Shown: positions 42,037-55,240, numbered from the stretch's first letter. The stretch is DNA of 64,000 nucleotides from Mantamonas sphyraenae STR306 (GCA_026936335.1 JAPMXV010000017.1:1-64000), one strand, 5' to 3'. Notes: generated by a model from the sequence alone, not told the origin. Numbers and translations: made by a program.

Positions 42037-45000
42037 ATGAGCGTTTTCCGTCGTGGCAGCCGCACACAGTCCATTGTGCGCGACAAACTAAGTGGCGCAC
42101 GGTCGCGCATGCTGCGTGTGCTGCATGGAGACAACGAAGCAGCGTACAACGCTGATCTGACCTTCCAAAACGAGGCCCACGAGGCTGCATACGATTATTA
42201 CATGTTCTCCGAGGCTCGCATCAAGGGCCTCTCCATCTTTTCTGCCGTTGCCATCCTCGGTTACACCCTCTTCTTCTTCCTTGACCTCAGCAGCGGCGAG
42301 TACGAGCCCAGTGCCTTTCTGCGCGCCACCACCGTCCGCTTCACCATGGTCGGCACCCTTGTTCTCGGCTTTGTACGTGCCATCATCCCTGCCTTGGATT
42401 GTGCAACGCCTTCGATGCCACGCTCCATGTGTTTGTCTGCATTCCTGCCAGGTTTCAGCGTGGGAAACGGTGTTTGCTTCTGGCCCGTTCGGCTCTCACT
42501 GACACCATCCTCTTGGGCCCCCCCCCACACCCCACAGATCACTCTCAATACGGTGTTGCGCAAACAACTGCGTGAGCGTAAGCCTCCCACGTTGTTCATC
42601 AACATCCAAGTGTTCTTCTTTGTGCTCATTTCGTGCGGCACGCGGTATGTTATCCTTCCTCCTCACCGCTTTCACCAAACACCGCCAGTCAGCTCACACA
42701 CACCCATCCCGCTCCCTCCTCCCAACCCGTTACCGCCTTGCGCCCATGGTGGTGTTTTGCACACACCTGTCCCATCCACAGCCTTATGTTCACCGTGTCA
42801 GACACGTGGGACACCCCTCGTCCTGGCTACTGGCTTGCCGTGCTTTCCTTGTACGTCATCACCCTGCCTGGATGGCATCGGCAGTGGAAAGCAACCGTGT
42901 TTGTGGCTGTGTTCCACGCCTTGATTCCCCTCGTGTGGGACTTTCCACGTGTGCAGAGGCTCGCCCAGCCCTACTTCACCGTGGTGTTGTCCGAGACGTG
43001 GTCCTATGTCAACGGCCTCATTGCCAACTACATGCACGAGCGTGTGCATCGTGCCATGTTCCTGGGTGCCATCAAACTGGTCAATGTCCAACAGCAACTT
43101 CGTGCCGAGCAGTACAGGCTGGCCGAACGTCGCTTTGGCACCGACCTTGCCATCCTCACCCAACGCGATGGCCTCAACGACAAGCTGACGCTCAAGTCAT
43201 GCAACATTGCACTTGTGATCCATTTGCCAACCTCTCATCGGCTGTTGCCGTTTGCACAGATGGTGGTGGAGGAAACGGAACGGCTTGCACACCTGCGTGG
43301 GATGGAGTTCTGGCGACATTACGGCATGAGCACACTGATGGTGGCACCATTGACACGTGGGTCTGCAGACGGACCCAAGGTGTTGCACAGTCTGATGCGC
43401 ATTGTGACACAGGTGCGTGAGTTTGTGGAGAAGGAAGAGGCAACGGTGCGTGCGATGGAGAGAGAGGCACGGGCACGAGACAGACACCAACGCAGGCAAC
43501 TGGAGGTGGAGGAGAAGGATGAGGATGGCGGTGATGATGAGAAGGAGGGTGGTGGGAAGGGCAAGAGAAAGGCAAAGAAGACGACGAGCAAGAGCAAGGG
43601 CACAGAGGACGATGGGGAAGGAACAGGAGTGGTGGAGACAGATGAGGTGGAGATTGACATGGAGCCCACAGGGACAAGGACGGAAGAGGAGGAGGACGAG
43701 GAAGAAGTGACGGAGGATCTGCAGACACTGTTCCCTGTGACGACAGTGGTGAGTGTGGGTCACTCTCTGCGTCTGTACACATCGCTGAGTGCATTCAACG
43801 GATCAGCGCTGCACGGACCATGTGTGCACTACACTGTGCCTGTGGCGTTGCAAGCAGAAGCAGGGGCACAGATGGCATTGACGACCCACGAGTTTGGTGA
43901 GCCATTGGACACCAAGCAAGAGTACGAGTACACCAAGGTGGGCGAGGCCAAGGTGAATGGAGCAGCAAGTGACGATGCAAGTGAGGAGGCTGGTGTGCTG
44001 TGGGATGTCACCCTGGCAGACACCCAATCCGACGCAGGCAGTCGCAAGTCGATTCGAGGGCGAGCAGCCTCCGAGTTTGGCAGCGAGGTGTTGCACCACC
44101 CGTTGCACACAGGCGGTGTGTCCGACCACGCAGTCGCCTTGCGTTTGGCTGTGGAGGATGTGGTCAAGCTGTTTCGAGTCAACAAACGCAAGTGGACACA
44201 CAAGTTCACCGACGCGGCGTTGGAACGAGCATACCACCGTGGCGTCGCCGCAAACAACGTGGTGGTCATCCAAGTGCTCATTGTCACCCTGGTGGCTGCA
44301 CACACCTTCCTTGCCCTCAACGACATCACGGGTGCTCCCCAGCATGCGTTTGCCCCCACTCCTGTCTGTGCGCATCGGCCTCGGCATGCCCCTCTTCATC
44401 CTCGGCTACTCCCTCACAAAGACCCCGCTGGTGCGCAACTACTTCCAACAGACCATTCTGCTCATGGCATCGCTCATCCTAGGTTCCATCATCTCGCTGG
44501 CCACCGTGGTCGCCTACATGGTGCCCGCCAACATCGAAACCTACGTGTTGCTCATCATGCGTGGCTTCCTGCAGAGCAACTCGTCGTTTTCGCTCACCAC
44601 ACGCAATGCTACAGGCATGGTTGTCGTCTGCATCTTGGTGTGGGCACCCATTGTCCTCAACTCGCCTGTGTTTCCATCCACAGCTCTGGGTTCGGTCATG
44701 CTCCTCTCTGTGCTGGCTGTGGCCGCAGGCATTGCCAACTACATGTTGGAAACCTCACGGCGCACGCTTTTCATGGCCACCCAGCTGACCAACCTGCACA
44801 AGAACCACCTGGCGGCCCTGAGCGAAGAGGTGCGTGGCCTGCACGGCCAGGAGGCTGTGGTGGACACAGACGCGGCGAATCGCTTGCTGGAAGCCAAGGG
44901 CCATGCAAAGATGCACAAACTCAACAAGATTGTCTCTGTGTTCCACATGGGAACCACAACCTGCATGTACATTCGCCCGCCTGCAATGTCCTTCTTCACC

Positions 45001-47570
45001 AAGGGTGGGCTGTCCAAACGCATCAGCATGATGACGGAAAAGTTGACATGGATGAGCCACGAGGCAGAGGGGCTGGGCATCCACGTGGAGGCCCAGCTGG
45101 ACGGTGCCCTCATGCTCGTGTCACAGTACCGTGGCGCACGCGAGGGTCTGATGCACGAGAACAAGATGTACGACCTGGCACACATCTACACCGAGTTTGT
45201 GATGGAACAGTGCACAGACTTGCCATACACGGACGAGCAGCGTGCGGAGCAGCGATGGTTCCTTGGCGGAGTGTGCCGCGAGACAATGCTGACGGGCACA
45301 GGGGACACGGTGTCGTTTGTGGAAGGGATGGCACAGCAGCGTGCACAAGCGTTGGCGTATGACACGTGGAGAGTGGATGCACACCGCAACGGAGCCATCC
45401 ATCACGACCCCGGCATGGAATTGCTGGGTGAAGGGTACGCATCGCAGTCGTCGCTGATGGAGCAGCGCGTATGATTGCGTTTGAAATGCTGCGCAAACAC
45501 ACCGAGGTGCCGTTTGCACGTGTGTGGCGCCAAGTGCGCAAGTATGTGGGTGATCTCATGCTGGACCAGACGCTGCGACACGACGTCAACGTGCGTACGC
45601 AAAAGTTCAAGAACGAAAGTGTGGAAAGCCAGTTTGACGAGTTTTGGCGCTACCACACCCTGTTTGCACGCAAGGCCGTCATTGGAGTCGGTGTGTTCTC
45701 CTCGGTGTACTTCTACGTCGACGAGTGGCTTGTGGCCGGCTACTCGCCCGAGGTGCTGCAGTATGTGCTGTGGCTGCGTGTGATCTTTGCTGTCATCATG
45801 CTCACTCTGCTGGTGCTGTCCGTGAGCATCCCCGTCCTGCGCTGGACACCACCACCCGACATTACCCTGCAGCGCAGCAGTTGGTTGTGGTTTGCCATCA
45901 TCACCGTGGACGTGCTCCTCATCGATTACGTCAAACTGCGCCTGGCCGACGTTTTGGTGCCCATCAGTCGCGGCATCATGCTCATGGGCTTTGTGTTGGC
46001 CCTTGCCGCAGGCCTTCGCTTTGCCTATTTTCGCTACGGCGTGGCATCCTCCCTGATCACGTACATCCTCTACGTTGCCATCCTGCTACCCGAGTATGCA
46101 GGTTGGATCCGTGCCGTGTGGGTGTTGCAGGATCTGCTCTTCCTCGTGTGCTGTCTCGTGGTGTCCTTTGTGGTGGAGAACAACTTTAAAGTTGTCTTTC
46201 AACTGCTGCGCATGCTTCGCGAACGCGACATTCGCACAGGTCGCATCAGTGCCGACGCTCCCATGTACCAAGACCCGCCCGACTACGTGCTGGAAGGCAA
46301 GGAGTGGAACTGGCGCAAGGGGTTCCTGGATGCCGAGCTGGAACAGAGCTACTGCAGGTACCACGCCAAGAAGAACGTGGGCTTTGCACGAGCCACGCTC
46401 TTCTACACCGCGGCCGTCCACTTCCTCTACGGCGTGTACGACGCTGTGATTCTGGGTCGCGAGGCCATGGTGGTACAAGGGACGGTGCGCTACGGCATCG
46501 GAGTGCCCATGTTTGTGGCCATCTATGTGTTGACGGGCACCAGTGCGTGGAAGAATCACATGCAGTGGGTGTTTGCCACGTACAGCACCCTGTTCATGGC
46601 CGCCAACATCTGGGCTTCCATCCTGCCCCAGGAGAGCGCCATCCTGGTGCAGTACGAACTGGGCTTTGCCTTTGCCGCCATGATTATGTTTGCCACGGGT
46701 CTGATCAAGAGCAAACCGGCTGCGGTGGGGCTGTTCCTGCTTCTCGTGTACGTGTTTGTGTACAACGTGCTTGCTGGTGGCATCAAGCACGCCACGTTTA
46801 TGATTGTCATCTTTGTGTTTGCCCAGGTGGGTGCGTACCTGAACGAAAAGCAGCTGCGTGTGCAGTTCCTCGTGCGTCTGGTGCTGTTGGAAGAGCAAAG
46901 GGCGCTGGTGAAGCAGATGGAGAAGCTGCAACAGGACAGGCTTGCTGCACAACGCGAGCTGGGCATGAAGGAGATGGGACTGGACGAAACCGACGGTGTG
47001 GAGTACGACCTGCTCAACCTCAGCACCCAAGTCATGCAGGATCGCATCAAAGCCATCACCACCATGCGGGACGTCGTCGAAATGGACACTCTGTCACCCA
47101 ACGGCAGCAGCAGCGGACAGGCAGGAGGTGCCGCCCAACGTGAAGATGGTGGTGCCATGGATGAACAGCAGCAGCAGCAGATGGAAGAGGAAGAGGAGGA
47201 TGAGAATGTGGAAGGAGACACACATGAGGAGGGGGATGCGTGGGCCACGGGCGATGCCAACGACATTGATGGCACGGGACCAAACACAACGACGCAGGAG
47301 GAGGCGGCGGCAAGGGAGGCACGCGAGCGAGAGGAGGCCATCGAGAACATGCTGGCTCACATTGAAGAGTACACGGTGGAAAAGACAAACGCAGGGGTGT
47401 GGTGGCTGTATCGCAGTCCACGACGTGAACGGTTGCTGGACATCAAACGGGAATTGCAACTGTCGGAACGGGTGGCCAGTGTGTTTGAAGACCAAACCAA
47501 GCGACGTGATCGTCTCTCACAGGGCTTTGTGGCCTCGAGTCTGACACGACGTCTGCAAGGGTTGCAGTGA
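42037..47570 (+). CDS. Very large multi-pass membrane protein, paralog B; introns 42373-42537 and 42645-42781; probable frameshifts ~44355 and ~45468
   Basis: ORFs 41551-42924, 42633-45362, 43957-45474 and 45471-47570 join. Same four-module architecture as 31312-36863. Confidence 0.8.
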
Positions 47571-47666
47571 GAGACACCACCACCACGCCACAGCAGAAGG
47601 AATACATACAGTGTGTTTGTGTTTTTGGTGTGTGCGCGCGCGCGGTGGCCCATTGGAACAGTGGCA

Positions 47667-48899
47667 ATGTCGAGTGGATTGGAGCGTGTGGACACGGAGC
47701 AGTTTCTGTCCATGTCTCGTGCTCACGAGCCAATGACGTTGGACGAGCTGCAGAGGCAGCATGGGGACCAATTGGAGGTGCCGTGGGAGGTGTACCTGCG
47801 TGTGCCCGAATCCAAGAAGCAGCTGAGCAAGTACCAGAACCTGCCCACCATCATCCTGGAACAACCGGACACACAGACATGGATCACCGTGTGGAAAACT
47901 TGGTTGCCCAAAGACGTGGAGGAAAAGCTGGCTCTGAAGCGCAGGCAGATGATTGCAGACATGAAAAGCAACTGGAGCCGCTACTCGCTTTCCAAGAACT
48001 TTGGCAAGCGAGTGGCAGGTGGCGCCGACGCTGGCGAGGAGGAGCCGGAAGATGACGAGGATGAGTTGGAACTGGATGTGGAGGAGGAAGAGGAAGAGGA
48101 TGAGGAGGAGGAGGAGGAGACTGAGGCCAACGGTGCAGCACAGGAAGACGCGGGGGAGGAGGGCGAGGAGGACGAGGACGAGGAGGCGGTGCAATTCGAC
48201 TTTGACGATCTGGAGGCGGAATTGGCTGAGGAAGGGTCGAGCTCGGTGATGACAGACGAGGACGAAATGATGGACTACTTTGCGTATGTAAACACGTACA
48301 GCAGCACGACCAACTCTGGGGTGCGTGTGGTGGACGGGCAAAAGGTGTTGGAAAAGACGGTGAGCCAGGAGGACATCCAAATCGACAGCGGCAAGGGCAT
48401 CCTGCTCCTGTCGCTGGACAACCTCTCCTTCCTCAATGTTCGTTACTGGATGGTCATCATCTGCATCGGCGGCGGGCTGAGCGCCGGGTTTGTGGATCGC
48501 GGGGAGATTGTGGTGCACAAGACGCTGCACAAGCGCTACGTGAGGCGTGCGAAGCAGGGCAAGCGACAGGCGAACAAAGACACGACGTCGGGCAGACACA
48601 TCAAGTCTGTGGGTGCAGAGATCCGAAGGGGGCAGGAGAAGAAGCATCGTGAGGAGGTGTTGGAACTGCTCACCAACTGGACACACTATCTGGAGTTGAG
48701 TGAACTCATTGTCGTGCAGGCCCCCGGTGTCAATCGCCACATTGTGTTTGCCGACGACGACGTGCTCAGCATGGATGATCCACGCGTACGCACCACCATC
48801 CCTTTCACCGTCAGCAAACCCAACTTTACCGAGCTGCAGACCGCCATCAACAAGATCAGCACCGTCCTCTATGCGCCCCTGGAGGAGGCAACAGCGTGA
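47667..48899 (+). CDS. Vms1/ANKZF1-like (VLRF1) release-factor-domain protein with a long acidic linker and no ankyrin repeats
   Basis: GG.SAG, HKTLHKRYVRRAKQGKRQANKD, KSVGAEIRRGQE and DPRVRTTIPFTVSKPNFTEL. Confidence 0.8.
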   Translation: MSSGLERVDTEQFLSMSRAHEPMTLDELQRQHGDQLEVPWEVYLRVPESKKQLSKYQNLPTIILEQPDTQTWITVWKTWLPKDVEEKLALKRRQMIADMKSNWSRYSLSKNFGKRVAGGADAGEEEPEDDEDELELDVEEEEEEDEEEEEETEANGAAQEDAGEEGEEDEDEEAVQFDFDDLEAELAEEGSSSVMTDEDEMMDYFAYVNTYSSTTNSGVRVVDGQKVLEKTVSQEDIQIDSGKGILLLSLDNLSFLNVRYWMVIICIGGGLSAGFVDRGEIVVHKTLHKRYVRRAKQGKRQANKDTTSGRHIKSVGAEIRRGQEKKHREEVLELLTNWTHYLELSELIVVQAPGVNRHIVFADDDVLSMDDPRVRTTIPFTVSKPNFTELQTAINKISTVLYAPLEEATA

Positions 48900-48985
48900 T
48901 TGAGAATGAATGGTGCGGGCATGTGCACAGAGATGAGGTGTTGTCATTTCACATTCCCCCCCCCCCTCTCCCTCCTCTCCGCGTG

Positions 48986-50961
48986 CTACACATTGGATCG
49001 TGGACGGTATTCAAACATGACGACGCGTTCGGAGGCGTCGTCGTCGCCGCCTGTGCCAAAGTGTGGCTCGAGGGGCGAAGGACCTGGGAAGCCGCCCGCG
49101 GCTGATCGGGACTGTGTTGTGGGCGATGCATAGGCAGAGGAAGCGGCCGAGGATGTGGTGGACATGGGTAATGTGGAACGCAGCTCACTTGCCTGCTGGC
49201 CAATCTTTTGCTGCAAGGCTGTGACCTGTGCCAGCAATTCGTGGTCGCCGTTTGCCTGTTGGTGCAACCGTGCAGCCACTTGTGCCAGCTGCTCCTCATA
49301 ATCACTCAGCCTTTCGGCCTCGCGTGCAGTTGTATCTGATGATGAGGAGGATGAGGAGATGAGGAGGATGAGGAGGATGAGGAGGAGGATGAGGCTGATG
49401 ATGCCGAGTTGCCGCCGCCACTACCGTTGCGGTTGTTGTTGTTGCCTGCTGCTGCCCATTCTTGCTGTTGCAAGGCGGTATCACCCGTGCGATGCCACGA
49501 AAGGTAGGTGCAACCGTCGTCCAGGAGGAGAATGTCGATGCTTTCATCCAGCATGTCCTCCTCCACAGAGAGGGATTCGTTTGTGTTGACACGCAGGTTC
49601 TGTGTGCCCATTTTGACGGCGTAGTCTGCGTAGGCATTGTGCTTGACATAGTACAGGGTCTGTGGCCTCGGGTACAGGTATTCGTCCAGTTCCGGTGCTC
49701 TCCTGCTCAACGTATGTTCATAGCGGCCGGCTGGCAGGCCCTCGCGCAGGTACCGCACGTACGTGCTGTTCTCGTGCGCCTCCAGGAAGCTGTCCACGTC
49801 TTTGACCAGATTGCAATAAAAAACCTCCTCCTCCAACGCCTCGTACATCAGCCCCGACGTCACTGCCTCGAATTCCCCCAACGCCAGCAGGAACACCACC
49901 CGTTCCTCGATCTCACTCACAAAGAACCCGTGCTTCTCCTCCATGGACACCAGACGCACGTTGGCGTGTGCCCCATTGCTGGTTTGGAACCACAGCGTCG
50001 CAGGTTCCTCGTGCACTCCCACCTGAAAGTCCAGGTTCATCTGCGGTTGTCCAGCGTCGCACGCGGGGGGGAGGGGGGGGGGTGGCGGGGTCAGAAAAAA
50101 AAAGGGGTTTCAGGCGCGGCGACAAAGAGGTTGGGCGGACATAGACCGGGCAGAGACATGCACAAGGCGATCGGATGGGTTGAGCTTGTATGTGTGCCAC
50201 ATGCACAAGGGGTGGGAAAGGGCAGGGAGCGTGTGGAGCGTACCTTGGCCGAGGCGGCGAGGGTGCTTGCCTGTAAATCAAGGATCGTCTCTCCCGCCGC
50301 AGAACGAATGCAGCAGGAGAAGCGCATGAGACGCAGGTTGGTCACATCCACATTCTCCAGACGCAGGGCATAGGAACCGCACGGCAGTTGGGGCTCGCAG
50401 ATCGGAATGATGTGCTCTTCAGTGGGCAGGAGCAAGCGTTTGGATGCAAGGCGGGTGTCAGCTTTGGAGACGGCGGGCAAACGGCAAACGCGCGATCAAC
50501 AACCGAAACGGGAGAGAGGGAGAGAGAGAGAGACACACACACACACACTCACCTCGCTCCACGCTGTTCTGTACATCGGGCAACTGTTCCATGCCGAGGA
50601 AGGAGACTGGATAAAGCCTGTGGGACTGGTCAAGAGAGGTGTGTGGCGAAGCCGTCACAGCAGCCGAAGGAGCAGCTGGACGGGGCGACGATCTTTGCTG
50701 CTGATGCTGCTGATGTACCTCTTGGGTCACCTGTGCCCCATCCATGGACATCTCTTCGCCGTCCTCATCCAGTTCCACAATGTCGTGGAAGCCATTGGTG
50801 CTATGTGTGCCGTTGGCCGTGTGCAGAAGCGACGCCGCCTGAGTGGGAGGCTTCTTGTTCATCCCCTCCGTGTGCACCCCTTGTGGCTGTGGTCCTGACC
50901 CGCCCTCGTCATGCTCGCGTGTGCCATCCCCGTTGAATAGAGTTGCTGGCGACACCAGCAT
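48986..50961 (-). CDS. Hypothetical multi-exon protein; exact structure uncertain
   Basis: Protein-like ORF segments 50458-51243, 50091-50480, 49306-50040 and 48986-49279, with minus-strand donors at ~50552 and ~50243. Confidence 0.5.
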
Positions 50962-51091
50962 TGTGTATGGTCTGAGTGTGTGTGTGTGTGTGTGGGATGC
51001 TGCGGTGGTGGTTCGAAAGCGGGTCGAGTGAACTTGCGCCGGTTGGCGCAGCAGTGCAGAGCAGAGCAGAGCAGAGTGTGTTTGACCCTTC

Positions 51092-51122
<31 letters not shown>

Positions 51123-51156
51123 CCCTTTCATTCGTGTGCACCAGGGGCCAAAAAAG

Positions 51157-51407
51157 ATGTTTGCTCGAGTTCACCGGGTAGCGTGTCAGGAATCCTCCGG
51201 CAGCGTCCGAACGCTTGCCACACAGGCAACTCGAACTGTACACGCGGCCTCCTCAGGCCAGACAAAGCCAATGTGTTTGACCGATCCCTCAAACGGGTGC
51301 AACGAGACCGTGCATCCGCACTGCCTGGGTTTGGCGACGTCGGCTACGTGCGCGCCGAAGTCGCACGCCGTCTCGTGGAACGTCTGCATGTGAGTTGCAA
51401 ACACAGT

Positions 51408-51442
<35 letters not shown>

Positions 51443-52383
51443 AACCTTTTGAGGGTTGCCAATGTGTGTGGACGTCACACTGACACAACCCGCAGGATGT
51501 GAAGCGTGAGTTTCCGCTTGTGCTCGATGTGGGCTGCAACGCAGGGGAAGTGGGAGTGGCCATGCATGAGATGGACGTGTTGGACCACGTTGGGGTGCAA
51601 CGTATGGTACAGACAGATTTCAGTCCAGGCATGCTGGCACAGGCGCGTGCAAACGTCCTCTCCAGTTGGGAATCCCTTCGTCCTGGACCCAAGCTTCACT
51701 CGTTGGTCTCCTCAGAGGAGTATCTGCCCTTTCCAGACCGTACCTACGATCTCGTTGTGTCGAGTCTGAGCCTGCATTGGGTCAACGACCTGCCGGGGGC
51801 GCTTGCACAGATCCAACGCTGCCTCAAATCCGACGGCATGTTCCTTGCCGCCATCCCGGGCGGTGACACATTGGTGGAGCTGCGCAATGCCGTTCTCATG
51901 GCCGAACAGGAACGCAAGGGGGGCATCAGTGCACGCATGTCACCGCTGACCACACACGTGGACGTGGGCTCGCTCCTCAACAGGGCCAATTTCAACCTCA
52001 CCACCCTCGACGTGGACAACATTGTGGTTCACTATCCCGATCCATACACAGTCATGCACGATCTGGGTCTCATGGGCGAGAGCAATGCTCCTGCGCGCAG
52101 CAGTAGGCCTCTGTCACGCGACGAGGCCGCTGCCATCGGTGCCATCTATCAACACATGTACGGTGAGGACACAGAATATGGCATGGCCGTCCCTGCCACC
52201 TATCAGATCATTTACGTGGTCGGCTGGGCTCCCGATGCAAGTCAACCCGCACCCAAGCGCCGCGGCTCTGCACAGGTCAGTCTCACGGACATGGACGAGT
52301 TTCTGGAGCAGGTGGAGGCCAAAGACAAGGACATAGGCAAAGGCAAAGGCAATGGGAGTGAGAAAGCAGACAATCCCAAGTGA
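51157..52383 (+). CDS. NDUFAF5: Mitochondrial complex I assembly factor (SAM-fold arginine hydroxylase); intron 51390-51496; probable frameshift ~51266
   Basis: VFDRSLKRVQRDR, VLDVGC, SSLSLHWVNDLPG, GGDTLVELR, GGISARMSP, MGESNA and PKRRGSA. Confidence 0.92.
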
Positions 52384-52430
52384 CACGTGTGCTTTCATGC
52401 GTACGTGCAATATCCAAATCAAATCAAGTC

Positions 52431-55240
52431 TCACCATCGGTGGCCCACTTGTTCGCTGTCGTCTCGCTGCAGATTGGTCAGAAAGTGGCGTTGGTACTGG
52501 CCAAACTCCTTGAGTTTGCTGAAGCGGTTGCCCAGCTGCGCCTCGCTAATGTTGTTGAGCACCTGCTTGCGCAGCTGCGATGCGCGTTTGCGAAACTCGT
52601 CGATGCGGCTGATACTCACGGGCGACTTGTACGAATCGAGATTCTTGTCTGCGGTGGCCAGCCAACGTTGCAGGCGTTCAAACGCCACATCCTCGACGTG
52701 AAAGACCATGCGATCGAGCACACGGTCCACAACGGCAAGGATCTTGAGACGCACCTCTTCGCTCGGTGCCGACGCCCACAACTTCTTGATCTGCTTCACG
52801 GTCTCCTTGGTCACCTCTTGGTTGAGTCGACACGAGTGGAACAGCAGTTCCATGTCGTAGATCGACTGGGGTGACTTTTCGTCGCACAACCGGCCCAGCA
52901 ATTCGTACAGCTGGTCGCTGTGGTCGATCCAATGTGCGTTCTGCAACAGATCGTTCAGGATCTCTGTGCGTGTCACCTCCATCTTGCGCTTCGCCAGCGA
53001 TTCAATGTACTCTCGCTCGTCAAACGGCTCCATGCCCGTCATATCTCGCAGAAACGTGGCAATCTCCTGCAGCTCCGCCGCGTAGAACGGATAGAACTTG
53101 TACACTTCGTTCGCATGGATGCTCAAGTAGAATCCCAGCGAATCACCCTTCCGTGTGTTGTCTGTGCCTGCGCCAGTGCTGCCATCACCACCCCCGTTGC
53201 TTCCCTGGATGCCCTTGAGGAGATTGCTTGACGATTCCCACACTCGATTCAGTTGGCTGCTTCGTGCCATGCTGATGCTTGTGGTCGAGCTGAGCGAGCC
53301 TGCCTGGCCTCCTCCGCTTCCGCTTCCGCTGCCATTTCCTCCACCTCCTCCTGCTACCCCTGTGCTCAGAGTGCCACCATCGTCTTCGTCTGCATCCACA
53401 TCGTCGTAGAAGCGACCCCAGGTGAACTGTGTGATTTCGTCAAAGCGCAGGGTGATGCCTGGCTTGAGCTGCTCCACACGCAACACCTCCTTGTCCCTGT
53501 TCTCCTCGATCATGGACCGTTCCACGCCGTACCAAATCAGCTCCTGGAGGGTAAAGTCCAGCTGGCCCGGACACATGGAGGTGATGACACCCTCCAGGGT
53601 GTCGTTGAACTCGTTGACCATAAACACCAGCCGCGTGTACTGCGGATCGATCTGGAACGAGATGTCTTTGATGCTCGCCACCACGTAGCCGGGATCAGAA
53701 ATGTCTTCGTACAGCTTGGGGTCGTAGTTGGGTGTCACCGGCCGGTTTGGCAGATCGCCAAACAGATTCTTGCTGCTCAAACGCCATTCGTCGCGCGACG
53801 ACGCATCCAGCGAACGCAACCTCCACGACGCAAGCGTGTGTCCTTGCTTACATCCCTCTCTCCACTCTCTGCAGTGCCGCGGTTTGCGGACGAAGAAGAG
53901 GAGGAAGAGGACGAAGAAGAGGACGACGACGACGACGAGGTGTGGTTTTCCTCTGTGCTTTCTGCCGTCTGCAGACCCTGAGCGGCGTCGACAACAGACA
54001 AGCTGGTGGCCACCTGCGACGGACGCTGCTGAGAGGTGGACAGACCCATCATTTCGCGTTCGATCTGGCGCTTGAGGATGATTTTGCCGAGGTAGAACTC
54101 GTTTGGCAGCGGATTGAGATTCATCACCGGCTCCTCGTCAAAGTCGGGGAAGGAGAGCGGATTCTTGGACAGGTTGTCGACGGTGGGTGACAAGGCGTCC
54201 GCCAGCGACCATGCATCCTCAGCAAGGCCGACAATGTGTGTGTTGTGCTGTTGGAAACGACGGGCGCACAGGTTGGCCACGGCGTCCAGATGGTAGCATA
54301 TGCCGTGGACAGTGAACAGAGAGGGTCCCTTGGAGAGGGTGCGGAGCAACAGCTCAAGCACCTCCTGCACCTTGGCCGGCATGTCTGTGTACTCGCTCGC
54401 GTTTTCCAACATGTCGTGCAGGTACTGCACCAGAGCAATCAGACTGTTGCTGCTGTCTGCTTTGGCTGCCACCTTGCGTTCCAACAGTCGTGTGAGACCT
54501 GCTGTGGTGCCAAACGGCAGTCTGTTCAGTCGTTGCGTCAACAACGGGTATTCAAACGAGCCCCGGTCCTCGTACGCAAGGCCCTCCCACAATGCCTCGT
54601 CGCCGGGATCCATCTCAATGGTGGCCACGCGTACCAGCACGGCGTCTGACAAGGCCACCTTGGCCCACGTCCGCGACATGAGCCGTTCAGGAACCTTGAG
54701 GGTCCTTTTGCCGGCCAACACACGGCCCTGAACCTCTCCCAACGTATGTACAACGTGCAACAGGGGCCTTATGTGGTCAATATCCGTCTTTGACTACGTA
54801 TGGGCGGGGGTGTGAGTGTGTGTGTCCATTGGATACAGAGGAGCGGGAGGGAAAACGGCAGGGGGCCGTTGTGCATCATCATCGCTCACCTTCTTCAGGG
54901 GAAAGGCATCCAAAGCAAACTGAAGCCAGGCCAGTGCCGTTTGGACGAATTTGGCATCGATGGCCGCGTCATCATCCGGGTTGAGAGCGCTGCGAACGAG
55001 CTGTGGACGGGGTGGGGGGGGATGGAAGTTGGTGGGAGGTGAGCGGTTTGCTGGTTGGGCGTGGCGTGGTGCTCAGAAGAGACGGAAACACACCTGACAC
55101 CAAGCCATGTACACGGGTGCATGGCTTGCCGGTTGCTCGTCCTCCAGAGCAGAGAGAAGACTGTTGGGCGACAGCTGGAACCACGTGGAGGTGGGTGTGT
55201 CTGCGTTGCCGCGCAGAAAGCGGTCGAGATCGTCCTGCAT
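52431..55240 (-). CDS. Large hypothetical protein; multi-exon, probable frameshift ~53820
   Basis: Protein-like ORFs 53777-54760 and 52431-53819 plus upstream exons starting MQDDLDRFLRG; no family recognised. Confidence 0.6.
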
